A stretch of 64,000 bases of DNA from Nitrosopumilus sp. Lineage in GTDB: Archaea; Thermoproteota; Nitrososphaeria; Nitrososphaerales; Nitrosopumilaceae. Where the stretch lies: assembly GCA_965249555.1 (NCBI GenBank), contig OZ252243.1:896001-960000 (forward strand), read 5' to 3'. Below, piece by piece: positions 9,657-19,887 of the stretch. A model generated the notes under the pieces. The model made no database searches, was not told the DNA's origin, and saw nothing but the letters and a program-made list of their open reading frames with translations. Positions within the stretch are counted from its first letter, which is position 1, and the number at the start of each line of letters is the position of its first letter. The translations under genes were made by a program, and so were the position numbers.

Positions 9657-10571
9657 ATGAAATGTGATAGATGCGAAAACCAGGCAGTCTATACTAGAAA
9701 ATATTCAGGGCAGAAACTATGCTCACAATGCTTCTCAAATTCCATCGTAAGAAAAACTGCTAAAACTATTTCAAAATACAATATGATTCAAAACGATGAA
9801 TTAGTAGCTGTTGCAGTCTCTGGTGGAAAAGATTCCCTGGCATTACTAAAAATCATTCATGAAATGGCACTAACCCATAATTTTAGAATTAAGGCAATTA
9901 CAATTGATGAGGGGATTCCAGGGTATAGAGATGAGGCACTAGAAATCGTTGAAAAATTTTGCAGCAAATTAAACGTAGAACACAAAGTTTACTCTTACAA
10001 AGATCTGTTTGAGCTGACACTTGATGAAGCATTAGAATTAAGAGAAAGTAAAAAAACTTCTTCATGTTCAATTTGTGGAACCCTTCGAAGACGTGCAATG
10101 GATTTTGCAGCAAAAGATATTGGAGCAAATGTAATTGCAACAGGTCATAATCTAGATGACACATTACAAACATTTGTCATAAACATGCTTTCAGGTGATA
10201 CAAATAAAATTGGATGGATGGATCCTGATACATCTACAAATTCTTTAAGAAAAATAAAACCATTTTGCGAGATCTATGAATCTGAAATAGTTTTTTATGC
10301 ATTTACAAACGATATACCATTTCAATCAGAGCCTTGTCCACACATGAGTGAAGGAATAAGAACCGAAATTCGTGAATTTCTAAATTCATTGGAAAGCCAG
10401 CATAGTGGAATTAAGAATAATTTGTATCAATCAGTTCTCAAAGTATCTCAAATTGTAAAGAATTCTAATTATAAAGAAAAAACAATTTGTGAAAAGTGTG
10501 GTAATGAATGTACAGGCAACATATGCTCAGTTTGTAACATGGTTTTAAAACTAAAAGCGAACCAAACCTAA
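9657..10571 (+). CDS. tRNA 2-thiolation protein (TtuA/NcsA, TIGR00269 family)
   Basis: Terminal Zn fingers, SGGKDS, CSICG, ATGHNLDD, PCP. Confidence 0.88.
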   Translation: MKCDRCENQAVYTRKYSGQKLCSQCFSNSIVRKTAKTISKYNMIQNDELVAVAVSGGKDSLALLKIIHEMALTHNFRIKAITIDEGIPGYRDEALEIVEKFCSKLNVEHKVYSYKDLFELTLDEALELRESKKTSSCSICGTLRRRAMDFAAKDIGANVIATGHNLDDTLQTFVINMLSGDTNKIGWMDPDTSTNSLRKIKPFCEIYESEIVFYAFTNDIPFQSEPCPHMSEGIRTEIREFLNSLESQHSGIKNNLYQSVLKVSQIVKNSNYKEKTICEKCGNECTGNICSVCNMVLKLKANQT

Positions 10572-10603
10572 TGCAAATATAACATACTTTCTTTAGGAAA
10601 AAC

Positions 10604-10919
10604 GGTAGTAGGTAAGATCAGGGTGCCAGCCGTGCCCTATTCTGAAACCGGCTATATGCAGAGATCAGTAACTGTTGGGTAAATCTCTAGATGAGTAATT
10701 CCCGCTTGGTGTGCGGAAATGAAATCACGCCGAGGCGGATGGTTGCAGGACTAGAATTATCCGAAGGGATAACTTCTAAGACCGAGCCATTGAAAGGGAT
10801 GAGGTCCGGGAGGGAGCAATCCTAAGGTGGGACATCCATGCTTCCTCGTCAACGTGGCGGATCTTGTATGCCTTGAAATGGGGCTATTCGTCTAGACTGG
10901 AGCCAACAGATCTACTACC
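10604..10919 (+). ncRNA. ffs: Archaeal signal recognition particle (7S) RNA
   Basis: GC-rich 316-nt intergenic unit with paired ends GGTAGTAG/CTACTACC; helix 6 TTATCC-GAAG-GGATAA; helix 8 GGATGAGGTCC-GGGA-GGGAGCAATCC with the SRP54-binding AGG/AGCA loop. Confidence 0.9.
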
Positions 10920-10948
10920 TTTATAATTAAAATCAGATTTGCAAAATC

Positions 10949-11281
10949 ATGGAGGGAATAATCTCATTTGGCAATAAGAGAAGTTATGATGACTTTAAGA
11001 AACAAATTCCAAGTTCAGTATTGCCTCTTTTTGATTCAATTAGAGAATTTTGCTTCTCTTTGGGAGAAAATGTAGTTGAAGATATTAGAATGCACAGAGT
11101 GGTTTTTTGTAAATCAATGACATTTAGATGGTTTGTAGATGTAGAACCTCAAAGAGAAGGAGTCATCATTAAAATTCAGAAAAACAGAAAAGAACCTGTA
11201 CAAACTATTCAGATTAAAAAAGACCAGAAGATTTCAGAATTTAGTCAAATGCTCAAAGTTGCATTTGAAGAGATTCATTAA
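10949..11281 (+). CDS. Conserved hypothetical protein (DUF5655-like)
   Basis: 110-aa ORF with the LFDSIREFCFSLGENVVE pattern. Confidence 0.65.
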   Translation: MEGIISFGNKRSYDDFKKQIPSSVLPLFDSIREFCFSLGENVVEDIRMHRVVFCKSMTFRWFVDVEPQREGVIIKIQKNRKEPVQTIQIKKDQKISEFSQMLKVAFEEIH

Positions 11282-11556
11282 TACAAAACATCAAATTTTG
11301 AAAACTCGCCAGAAAATTTCTCATTACGTATCTCTACATCTTCAACTCTGGCATTAGCAGGTCCTCCATGAGACCATTCAACTAGTCTACTAACTTTTTC
11401 TTCATCTCCTTCTAAAACAGCCTCAACACGACCATTTTTGAGATTTTTTACCCATCCAAAAACATTATTTTTCTTTGCCATCACTTTTAGTGCTTGGCGA
11501 AAAAATACACCTTGTACTTTACCAGTTATAATAATTCTAATTCGTTGATTCGACAT
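11278..11556 (-). CDS. acyP: Acylphosphatase
   Basis: GKVQGVFFR, GWVKNLKNGRVEAVLEG, GPANARV. Confidence 0.95.
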   Translation of the reverse strand: MSNQRIRIIITGKVQGVFFRQALKVMAKKNNVFGWVKNLKNGRVEAVLEGDEEKVSRLVEWSHGGPANARVEDVEIRNEKFSGEFSKFDVLY

Positions 11557-11606
11557 TCAAATTGTATTTCAGTGAGCTATTAATCAATTTTAGGTTAAAA
11601 GAAAAA

Positions 11607-12341
11607 CTATCTTCTTTCTTTAATTCTAGCTCTACCAGTCTTTCTGGCAGCAATACTACCTACCTTTGCACCAGGAGGTGCATTTCTTGAAACAGTTGAA
11701 CTTTGTCCAACGTGCTGATGACGACCACCACCGTGTGGATGAACATAAGCAGCTTGAGCAACACCTCTAACAATTGGGAATTTCTTTCCTTTTGCTCTGA
11801 AATTTCTCCATTTATTACCTGCACTCATAAATGGTCTTTCACCAGATCCTCCTCCAGCAAGAGTACCAATCATGGCTCTGTTTTTTGGATTAAGAGTAGT
11901 AAATTTTCCAGAAGGAAGTTTAACTGTAACACCTTCATCACCATGAGAGAAAATAGTTGCATCAGTGCCTGCGGATTTTACTATAGCACCACCATCTCCA
12001 AAGTGCTTTTCAATGTTACATACAATTGTTCCATCAGGAATGTTTTGAACACTAATGACATTTCCTTTTTCAATTTTTGATTTTAATCCAAATTGTAAAG
12101 TTGTACCCACTTTGGTTCCTAGTACTGCAGGAACAAATGAAACAGAACCATCCTCAAATCGGATTTTAGCTAAAGGTGCCTCTCGCCCACGTTCATGAAC
12201 CAGATCGATAATTTCACCGTCATGTTGCTCTGATAGTGAAAAACGAGGATAATTTGCCTTGGAGCCTACTTTTCCAGTAGATGTAGATCTAAATTGATGT
12301 CCTCCACGGCCACGTCTTCTAACTAATGGTCTCTTACCCAA
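11607..12341 (-). CDS. rpl2: 50S ribosomal protein uL2
   Basis: MGKR...RRGRGG, VRGVA, HPHGGGRHQH; TTG start. Confidence 0.96.
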   Translation of the reverse strand: MGKRPLVRRRGRGGHQFRSTSTGKVGSKANYPRFSLSEQHDGEIIDLVHERGREAPLAKIRFEDGSVSFVPAVLGTKVGTTLQFGLKSKIEKGNVISVQNIPDGTIVCNIEKHFGDGGAIVKSAGTDATIFSHGDEGVTVKLPSGKFTTLNPKNRAMIGTLAGGGSGERPFMSAGNKWRNFRAKGKKFPIVRGVAQAAYVHPHGGGRHQHVGQSSTVSRNAPPGAKVGSIAARKTGRARIKERR

Positions 12342-12446
12342 GCTGATCGTTTCCTATGCACAGATGATTTTAAGCTTGTGATTTTTTCAGTGTTATTTAA
12401 GAAAATTACCACAAAGGTATAAGAATTAGACATGAGGCTTTTCTTT

Positions 12447-14633
12447 ATGAGTCAAAATGCTCTTTCACTCAAAGTACTTGAGGCATATACAAGAGATGTT
12501 GGAAGAGGAGTAGCAAGAATCGATTATGATTCTATGGATACACTAAATGCCTCTACTGGTGATGTCATAGAAATTAAAGGTAAAAGAAGGACAGTTGCAA
12601 AATGCCTTCCATTATATCCATCTGATGAAGGAAAAGGAATAATCAGAATTGATGGACTTGGTAGAAATAATTCAGGAATTGCTATTGGAGATACAATTTC
12701 TGTTAGAAAGATAAAGGCAGTAGCTGCAGAAAAAATAGTAGTTGCTCCACTAGAAGCAATTCCTCCAATTGATGAAAGATATCTTGCAGATGCTTTAGAG
12801 AGCGTTCCTTTGATTAAAGGAGACAATGTAATGGTTCCATATTTTGGCGGACGTTTAACTTTTCAAGTTATAGGAGTAACACCAGCAGCTGATGCAGTTT
12901 TAGTTACTCAAAAAACTGTTTTCCATATTGCAGAAAAAGGAGAGACTCTACGTGGAGTTCCACAAGTCACCTATGAAGACATTGGTGGTTTAACTGATGA
13001 GATTAAAAAAGTTAGAGAAATGATTGAGCTTCCGTTAAGACATCCAGAAATTTTTGAAAAGTTAGGAATTGAAGCACCAAAGGGTGTCTTATTGTATGGT
13101 CCACCTGGAACAGGAAAAACTTTACTTGCAAAAGCAGTTGCAAATGAAAGTAATGCTCACTTTATCAGTATTTCAGGTCCAGAAATTATGAGTAAGTTTT
13201 ACGGAGAAAGTGAAGCAAGACTAAGAGAAATTTTCAAAGAAGCAAGAGAAAAATCTCCATCAATAATCTTTGTTGATGAAATTGATTCCATTGCACCAAA
13301 AAGAGAAGAAGTTACAGGTGAAGTTGAACGAAGAGTTGTTTCTCAAATGTTATCATTAATGGATGGATTAGAGGCAAGAGGTAAAGTAATTGTTATTTCT
13401 GCAACAAATAGACCAAATGCAATTGATCCTGCACTTAGAAGACCAGGTAGATTTGATAGAGAAATTGAGATTAAAGTTCCAGACAAAAAAGGAAGAAAGG
13501 ACATACTTTCTATTCACAGCAGAAATATGCCATTAACAGATGATGTCAATATAGATAAACTCGCATCAGTAAGCCACGGATATGTTGGTGCAGATTTAGA
13601 ATATCTCTGTAAAGAAGCTGCAATGAAATGTTTGAGAAGACTATTACCTATTCTTGATTTACAAGAAGAGAAACTTCCTCCAGAAACATTAGACAAACTA
13701 GTTGTAAATCAGGAGGACTTTTCAAAAGCATTGATTGAAGTAATACCATCTGGAATGAGAGAAGTTTTCATTGAGAATCCAGACGTAAAGTGGACAGATG
13801 TTGGAGGTTTAGAGGAAGTCAAACGAGAGCTACAAGAAGCTGTTGAATGGCCAATGAAATATCCAGGTCTTTATGATAAATTAGGACATAAAATGCCAAG
13901 AGGTATCTTACTTCATGGACCAAGTGGTACAGGAAAAACTTTACTTGCAAAAGCAGTTGCTACAGAAAGTGAAGCAAACTTTGTTTCAGTGAGAGGTCCT
14001 GAACTTTTATCAAAATGGGTAGGTGAATCTGAAAGAGGTATAAGAGAAATTTTCAAAAGAGCACGTCAGTCTGCACCATGTGTAATATTCTTTGATGAAA
14101 TTGATTCAATAGCACCAATCAGAGGAGCAGGAGGAGAAACTGCAGTAAGTGAAAGAGTTGTTAGTCAATTACTTACAGAATTAGATGGAATGGAAAATAT
14201 GCACGGTGTTATAGTTTTAGCTGCAACAAACAGAGCAGACATGATTGATCCTGCATTGTTAAGACCAGGTAGATTTGATAAGATTATTCAAATTCCACTA
14301 CCAGATAAAGCAAGCAGAAAGAGTATCTTGAAAATTAGTGCTGCAGAAATACCAATGATTACTGAGGGAAATAATTCTCAAATCGTTGATTTTGAGAAAC
14401 TTGCTGATCTAACTGATGGACTTAGTGGTGCAGATACAGCAGCAATTGCAAATACTGCAGTTTCTTTAGTCATTCATGAGTTCCTAGATAAGCATCCAGA
14501 TGTCAAAGATATTGAGAAACAAAGTATTGATGCTAAAGTAACTATGGAACACTTTGAAAAATCAGTCAAGAAAGTCAGAGAACAAAAAGACCTAAAGTTG
14601 GGCGAAAAACTAGTAGCTTCCTATTACAGGTAG
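12447..14633 (+). CDS. cdc48: CDC48/VCP-family AAA+ ATPase
   Basis: N domain plus two AAA modules ([22 protein letters not shown]); start taken at MSQNAL. Confidence 0.95.
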   Translation: MSQNALSLKVLEAYTRDVGRGVARIDYDSMDTLNASTGDVIEIKGKRRTVAKCLPLYPSDEGKGIIRIDGLGRNNSGIAIGDTISVRKIKAVAAEKIVVAPLEAIPPIDERYLADALESVPLIKGDNVMVPYFGGRLTFQVIGVTPAADAVLVTQKTVFHIAEKGETLRGVPQVTYEDIGGLTDEIKKVREMIELPLRHPEIFEKLGIEAPKGVLLYGPPGTGKTLLAKAVANESNAHFISISGPEIMSKFYGESEARLREIFKEAREKSPSIIFVDEIDSIAPKREEVTGEVERRVVSQMLSLMDGLEARGKVIVISATNRPNAIDPALRRPGRFDREIEIKVPDKKGRKDILSIHSRNMPLTDDVNIDKLASVSHGYVGADLEYLCKEAAMKCLRRLLPILDLQEEKLPPETLDKLVVNQEDFSKALIEVIPSGMREVFIENPDVKWTDVGGLEEVKRELQEAVEWPMKYPGLYDKLGHKMPRGILLHGPSGTGKTLLAKAVATESEANFVSVRGPELLSKWVGESERGIREIFKRARQSAPCVIFFDEIDSIAPIRGAGGETAVSERVVSQLLTELDGMENMHGVIVLAATNRADMIDPALLRPGRFDKIIQIPLPDKASRKSILKISAAEIPMITEGNNSQIVDFEKLADLTDGLSGADTAAIANTAVSLVIHEFLDKHPDVKDIEKQSIDAKVTMEHFEKSVKKVREQKDLKLGEKLVASYYR

Positions 14634-14665
14634 TTTTAATAAAATAACAAATCTAATTCTCGTAA

Positions 14666-15955
14666 ATGTCAGAACATAGAGGATATGAGGGGGATTCATT
14701 AGAATTCCTAAAGACAAATCAGGTTTCAGTTGGAGATTCTGTTAAGATATTGGCAGATATCACTTATTCAGGCATAATAATGCCAAGATATGAACACAGT
14801 GACGATAAACATATTGTTTTGAAATTAAGAAGTGGTTACAATATTGGTTTAGAAACTGAAAAAATTGAGAAAATTGAGAAAATCAAATCTGCTGAAATAA
14901 TTGTTCAGCAAGATGAAAAACTAGAAAAAGTTGCAGGATTGCCAAAAATTCTGTTATTGTCAACCGGAGGAACAATTGCAAGCAAAATTGATTATAGAAC
15001 AGGAGCAGTTACACCTGTATTAACAGCTGAGGAATTGAATTCGTCTGTTCCAGAACTTGCTAAAATTGCAAATATAGATGCAGAAGCTCTATTGTCAGAA
15101 TATTCTGAAAATATAATGCCAGAGCATTGGTTACAAATAGCTGAAAAAATTAATGAGTATTCTAAATCAGATTATTCAGGAATCATTATTGCCCATGGTA
15201 CAGATACTATGCATTATACATCATCTTTTCTTTCATTTGCACTTGCAGGATTTCCAATTCCAATTGTATTGGTTGGATCTCAAAGATCATCAGATCGTGC
15301 TTCATCAGATGCAGCATTAAATTTGATTGGAGCAACAAAATTTATTACAGAAAGTAATACTAAAGGAGTTTACATTGTTATGCATCAAGATGAAAATGAT
15401 GACACTTTAGCATGTCATGCTGGAACAAGAGTAAGAAAAAATCATACAAGTAAAAGAGGAGCATTCCAAACAATTGGAGATAATCCTGCATTTATTATTG
15501 CAGAGAATCAAATCCAAAAAAATATTTCTGAAGATTTTTTCAAAATTAGTGAATTTCAACCAAGAATTAAACTAGACACACGTGTTGCTTTAGTAAAATA
15601 TTATCCTGGATACAATCCTAAGTTATTAGATCAAATTATTGAGATGGGGTATAAAGGAATAATTTTTGAAGGAACTGGATTAGGTCATATTGGAAATACA
15701 ATGTATGAAAGTGTAAAAAAAGCAAATGAAAAAGGAATCTTTCTAGGTATGACTTCTCAATGTATTGATGGTAGAATTAGAATGACAGTGTATGAAAGTG
15801 GACGAGATTTGCTTGATTTAGGCATAATTCCGTTAGAAAATATGATTCCAGAAGTAGCACTAGTAAAAGCAATGTGGGCAATGGGAAATGTTCAGAATGG
15901 GGAAGAAATGAAGAAAATTATGCTTAAAAATATTGCATCAGAAGTATCAAGTTAG
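14666..15955 (+). CDS. gatD: Glu-tRNA(Gln) amidotransferase subunit D
   Basis: LKLRSGYNIG N-domain, TGGTIAS, HGTDTM, GSQRSSDR. Confidence 0.95.
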   Translation: MSEHRGYEGDSLEFLKTNQVSVGDSVKILADITYSGIIMPRYEHSDDKHIVLKLRSGYNIGLETEKIEKIEKIKSAEIIVQQDEKLEKVAGLPKILLLSTGGTIASKIDYRTGAVTPVLTAEELNSSVPELAKIANIDAEALLSEYSENIMPEHWLQIAEKINEYSKSDYSGIIIAHGTDTMHYTSSFLSFALAGFPIPIVLVGSQRSSDRASSDAALNLIGATKFITESNTKGVYIVMHQDENDDTLACHAGTRVRKNHTSKRGAFQTIGDNPAFIIAENQIQKNISEDFFKISEFQPRIKLDTRVALVKYYPGYNPKLLDQIIEMGYKGIIFEGTGLGHIGNTMYESVKKANEKGIFLGMTSQCIDGRIRMTVYESGRDLLDLGIIPLENMIPEVALVKAMWAMGNVQNGEEMKKIMLKNIASEVSS

Positions 15956-15968
15956 ATAGGAGAATGAA

Positions 15969-17876
15969 ATGTCAGAATTTTCCATAAATGATGTTGGAGT
16001 AAAAGTAGGACTAGAAATTCATCAGCAATTAGCAACTAACAAAAAGTTGTTTTGTAATTGTACACCAGTAGAGTCAGATGAATATTTTATAAAATTTCAG
16101 AGAAAATTACGAGCATCAAAAAGTGAATTGGGAGAGTTTGATCCTGCTGCATTATTTGAAAAATCTAAATCAAAAACAATAATGTATTATGCAAACCCAG
16201 AAAGTAGCTGTCTAGTGGAGCAAGATGAGGAACCTCCACATGAATTAGATGAGGACGCAAGAAAAATTGCATTAATTATTGCTTCTGCATTAAAATCAAA
16301 TATTTTTAGTGAAATTTATCCTATGAGAAAAACAGTTGTTGATGGTTCCAATACAACTGGATTCCAACGTACGATGTTAATTTCACAGGGTGGATTTTAT
16401 GATGTAGAAGGAACAAAGATAGGAATTCAATCAATTTGTCTTGAAGAAGATGCTGCTAAAATCTTAGGGGGAGAAGGATCAATAAGAAAATATGGTTTAG
16501 AACGTCTTGGGGTACCTTTAGTAGAAATTGCAACAGAACCTTTTGAAGTAAAACCTCAAGAAGTTAGAAAAATTGCATTATCTTTAGGAAGAATTTTGAG
16601 AAGTACAAAAAAAGTGAAGAGAGGTCTAGGTTCAATCCGACAAGATGTAAATGTATCAATCAAAGAAGGAGGAGTTGTTATTGAAGTAAAAGGAGTGCAG
16701 CAATTAGAACAATTAGAAAAAGTTGTAGAATATGAGGCAAAAAGACAGCATGGATTACTAAAAATTTCAAAAAAATTACAAGAGAAAAATTGGATACATA
16801 ACTATAATGATGATAGAAAAGACATTACAGAATTATTTTCAAAATGTAAATCAGAGATTATTCAGAATGCCATAAAGAAAAATCAGAAAATTTTTGCCGT
16901 ATCTTTTAGAAATATGGCTGGAATGTTTGGATATTCACCATATGAAGGCATAAGATTAGGAAAGGAAGTAGCAGAATTAGTACGATTTTTTGGTCTAGGT
17001 GGTGTTTTTCATTCAGATGAATTACCTAATTATGGAGTAGAAGAACCAGATCTAGAAAATCTAAAAGAATTTCTAAAAATTAATGAAAATGATGGATTTT
17101 TGATATTAGCTATTCCTGAAGAAAAGATCCATACTATTGTTGGCCAGATAATTTTAAGAATTGAACACATCAAAAATGAAGGCATACCAATAGATACACG
17201 ATTAGCTACTCAAACAGGCGAAACAAAATTTCTTAGACCTAGGCCTGGTGCTGCAAGAATGTATCCTGAGACAGATATTCCTCCAATTATTATTTCAAAA
17301 GAAGAACTAGAAGATGCAGAAAAAAATATACCAAAATCATGGGATGAATCTATAAAAGAATTACAAACAAAATATGAAATTAATACACAACTTACAGAAC
17401 AGATTTTTGATTCACGATACATGGAATTATTTGAAAAAATTGTTGAAAAAACTAAAGTCAGTCCTACATTTATTGCATCTGTACTTTGTTCTACAATTAC
17501 TAATTTAGATAGAAGTGGATTAAATTCTAATTTATTACAAAACGAAGATATTGTAAAATCATTTGAATTGTTAGAAGTAGAAAAAATTGCTAAAGAATCA
17601 ATTGAGATAATTTTTGAAAATATTATGGCTGGAAAAGCCAGGACTACTGAAGAGGCAATGAAAAATACTGCAATTGAGGCTGTAAATGAGTCAGATTTGG
17701 AGAAAATTATTGAAGAAATAGTTGAAAATAATCAAGATATTATTAAAAATCAAAAAGAAAGAGCTGTTGGACCACTCATGGGAATTGCCATGAAGGAATT
17801 AAGAGGTAAAGCCTCTGGTGAAACAGTAAACAAACTTCTTTTAAAAAATATCAAGAAAAAGTTAGCAAGTATATGA
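15969..17876 (+). CDS. gatE: Glu-tRNA(Gln) amidotransferase subunit E
   Basis: GLEIHQQL, DGSNTTGFQRT, RPGAARMYPETD. Confidence 0.95.
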   Translation: MSEFSINDVGVKVGLEIHQQLATNKKLFCNCTPVESDEYFIKFQRKLRASKSELGEFDPAALFEKSKSKTIMYYANPESSCLVEQDEEPPHELDEDARKIALIIASALKSNIFSEIYPMRKTVVDGSNTTGFQRTMLISQGGFYDVEGTKIGIQSICLEEDAAKILGGEGSIRKYGLERLGVPLVEIATEPFEVKPQEVRKIALSLGRILRSTKKVKRGLGSIRQDVNVSIKEGGVVIEVKGVQQLEQLEKVVEYEAKRQHGLLKISKKLQEKNWIHNYNDDRKDITELFSKCKSEIIQNAIKKNQKIFAVSFRNMAGMFGYSPYEGIRLGKEVAELVRFFGLGGVFHSDELPNYGVEEPDLENLKEFLKINENDGFLILAIPEEKIHTIVGQIILRIEHIKNEGIPIDTRLATQTGETKFLRPRPGAARMYPETDIPPIIISKEELEDAEKNIPKSWDESIKELQTKYEINTQLTEQIFDSRYMELFEKIVEKTKVSPTFIASVLCSTITNLDRSGLNSNLLQNEDIVKSFELLEVEKIAKESIEIIFENIMAGKARTTEEAMKNTAIEAVNESDLEKIIEEIVENNQDIIKNQKERAVGPLMGIAMKELRGKASGETVNKLLLKNIKKKLASI

Positions 17877-17882
17877 TTGTAG

Positions 17883-17967
17883 TGCGGGAAGTGGGATTTG
17901 AACCCACGAACTCCTAGAAGATAAGGATCTGAACCTTACGCCGTTGACCAGGCTGGGCGACTCCCGC
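17883..17967 (-). tRNA. tRNA-Leu(CAG)
   Basis: GCGGGAG/TTCCCGC acceptor stem, anticodon arm TAAGG-TTCAGAT-CCTTA, long variable arm, GTTCAAATC T loop. Confidence 0.95.
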
Positions 17968-18044
17968 ATTGTAAATTTTTGAAATCTAGAATAAGTTTCT
18001 TTATTATACATGAAACAAACACATCCAGTTAATCAAGTGATAGA

Positions 18045-18209
18045 ATGGAATTTAGAGAAGTGTATTGTATAAATTGTAAAAAAATACTTGGACGCTATAA
18101 TATTAAATTCTATAATGAAGATAAAATTGGAGAGTTATTAAAAACAACTCATGTCACACATGTAAGAAATGGACATCAAGTTATTATTAAAAAAGTTGTA
18201 AAAGATTAA
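18045..18209 (+). CDS. Small Zn-finger-like protein, 54 aa (not in ORF track)
   Basis: MEFREVYCINCKKILGRYN...THVTHVRNGHQV: CxxC plus a His cluster. Confidence 0.6.
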   Translation: MEFREVYCINCKKILGRYNIKFYNEDKIGELLKTTHVTHVRNGHQVIIKKVVKD

Positions 18210-18745
18210 ATCAGTTTTATTTTTTCTGTTGCCTCTGAAAGATTTGAAATTCTATGAATACGATTGTCTGAAATATGTTTATTCCATGGTTGTGAATATA
18301 GAATTATTTTTTTGTTATGCTGAATAATGTTTAATGCATTTAGAGGTGAATCATCAATAAACACATCATAATCTAAATTAGCCTTCATTGGTCCATCAAT
18401 TACTGACACATAATTATCATATGATATATTATGATGATTGAGCCAATTTTTTACAAAAGAATCAGTAGAACGTTCTCTTGCTGTAACAATATCTACTTGA
18501 CCTATATTTGAAAGATCTTTTGTAGTAGATGATAAATTTTCTTCAGTAGTAGGAATAGAACTCCAATTTTTCCAACAGGAATTTAATTCAGCATAAAAAT
18601 CATAGCGATTGATCTGAAATTTCTTCCAAAAATTCCAATCAGTAATATCATGTTTAGAGATTTTTGGTCTAATTGTATTACTATAATTTAGCCATGATTG
18701 TATTACATCTGCAAGCACACCATCTACATCTAATGCAATTTTCAT
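18206..18745 (-). CDS. HAD-superfamily 5'(3')-nucleotidase, NT5C type
   Basis: IALDVDGVLAD, IVTAR, FIDDSP, QPWN. Confidence 0.88.
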   Translation of the reverse strand: MKIALDVDGVLADVIQSWLNYSNTIRPKISKHDITDWNFWKKFQINRYDFYAELNSCWKNWSSIPTTEENLSSTTKDLSNIGQVDIVTARERSTDSFVKNWLNHHNISYDNYVSVIDGPMKANLDYDVFIDDSPLNALNIIQHNKKIILYSQPWNKHISDNRIHRISNLSEATEKIKLI

Positions 18746-18755
18746 TTTTTCTCAA

Positions 18756-19838
18756 TTAGTCACTAGTTTTTTGAAATTCATCTAGAAGGTTTTTTTGATG
18801 TTTGTTGAGTTTTTTTGGAATATTTACTACAATTCTCACATATTGATCCCCTTTACCTCTAGAATTGATATGGGGAACTCCTTTTCCTTTTAATTTCATA
18901 GTTGTATTTGGTTGACTACCGGAATTAACTTTAATTTTTTCTGTACCCTCCAAGGTTGGCACTATAATTTCGCAACCTAATGCAGCATCAACCATTGAGA
19001 CATCCTGATCATAGAAAATATCTTTTCCATCTCTAGTAAATTTGGAATGAGGTTGCACTCTAACTCTAACAATCAAATCACCATTAGACCCACCAGGAAC
19101 TTCATTTCCTTCTTCTGGAACAGTGTAATCACCAGAATCAATTCCAGGTGGAATTTCAAAAGTAACTTTTTTTGAACCATTTTTCTTACCTTGTCCTTCA
19201 CAATCTCCACAAGGAGTTTCAATAACAGACCCATAACCTCTACAAGAAGGACATGGTGCAGTTGTTACAAATGAAGCAAATCCCATGTTACGAGTTTGTC
19301 GTACTTGTCCTTGACCGTTACATGTAGCACATGTTTTCTTGTTAGTACCGGGTTTACAACCAGAACCATGACAAATATCGCATTGGATTTGTTTTTGTAG
19401 ATTAATTTCCATGTTTTTTCCATGAAGAACATCCTCTAAAGTTACTGAGGTTTCAAAGAGAATATCAGAACCACGTTGTTGACTAAAACCAAATCCACCT
19501 CCACGACCAAAGATTGATTCAAAAATGGAATCAAATCCTCCACCTCCACGACCAAATATATCACTGAAATTTCCACGTGCACCTTGAAAAATATCTTCAC
19601 TGCTGTATCTACCACCTACACCAGCATGTCCATGTTGATCATAGAGTTGCCTTTTTTCAGTATTAGAAAGAACAGCATATGCTTCAGAGATTTCTTTGAA
19701 ATGCTCTGGTGCCTCTGAAGAATTGTTACGATCTGGGTGAAATTTTAATGCCAATTTTCTATACTGTTGTTTGATTTCATCTACAGAAGATGATTTTGTA
19801 ACTCCTAAAACTTCATAGTAATCTCGTTTTGCAGACAT
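18756..19838 (-). CDS. dnaJ: Chaperone DnaJ
   Basis: J domain with HPD and CxxCxGxG repeats. Confidence 0.96.
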   Translation of the reverse strand: MSAKRDYYEVLGVTKSSSVDEIKQQYRKLALKFHPDRNNSSEAPEHFKEISEAYAVLSNTEKRQLYDQHGHAGVGGRYSSEDIFQGARGNFSDIFGRGGGGFDSIFESIFGRGGGFGFSQQRGSDILFETSVTLEDVLHGKNMEINLQKQIQCDICHGSGCKPGTNKKTCATCNGQGQVRQTRNMGFASFVTTAPCPSCRGYGSVIETPCGDCEGQGKKNGSKKVTFEIPPGIDSGDYTVPEEGNEVPGGSNGDLIVRVRVQPHSKFTRDGKDIFYDQDVSMVDAALGCEIIVPTLEGTEKIKVNSGSQPNTTMKLKGKGVPHINSRGKGDQYVRIVVNIPKKLNKHQKNLLDEFQKTSD

Positions 19839-19887
19839 GGTTTATTTCTTAATCATAATTATTGTATAAATGGTTGAATTTGAAAAA

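Noticed and set aside
10604-10919. RNase P RNA as an alternative identity
   Set aside because: No P4 consensus (GAGGAAGUUC.../AACAGAA...GCUUA) seen; the SRP helix 6 and helix 8 motifs are present
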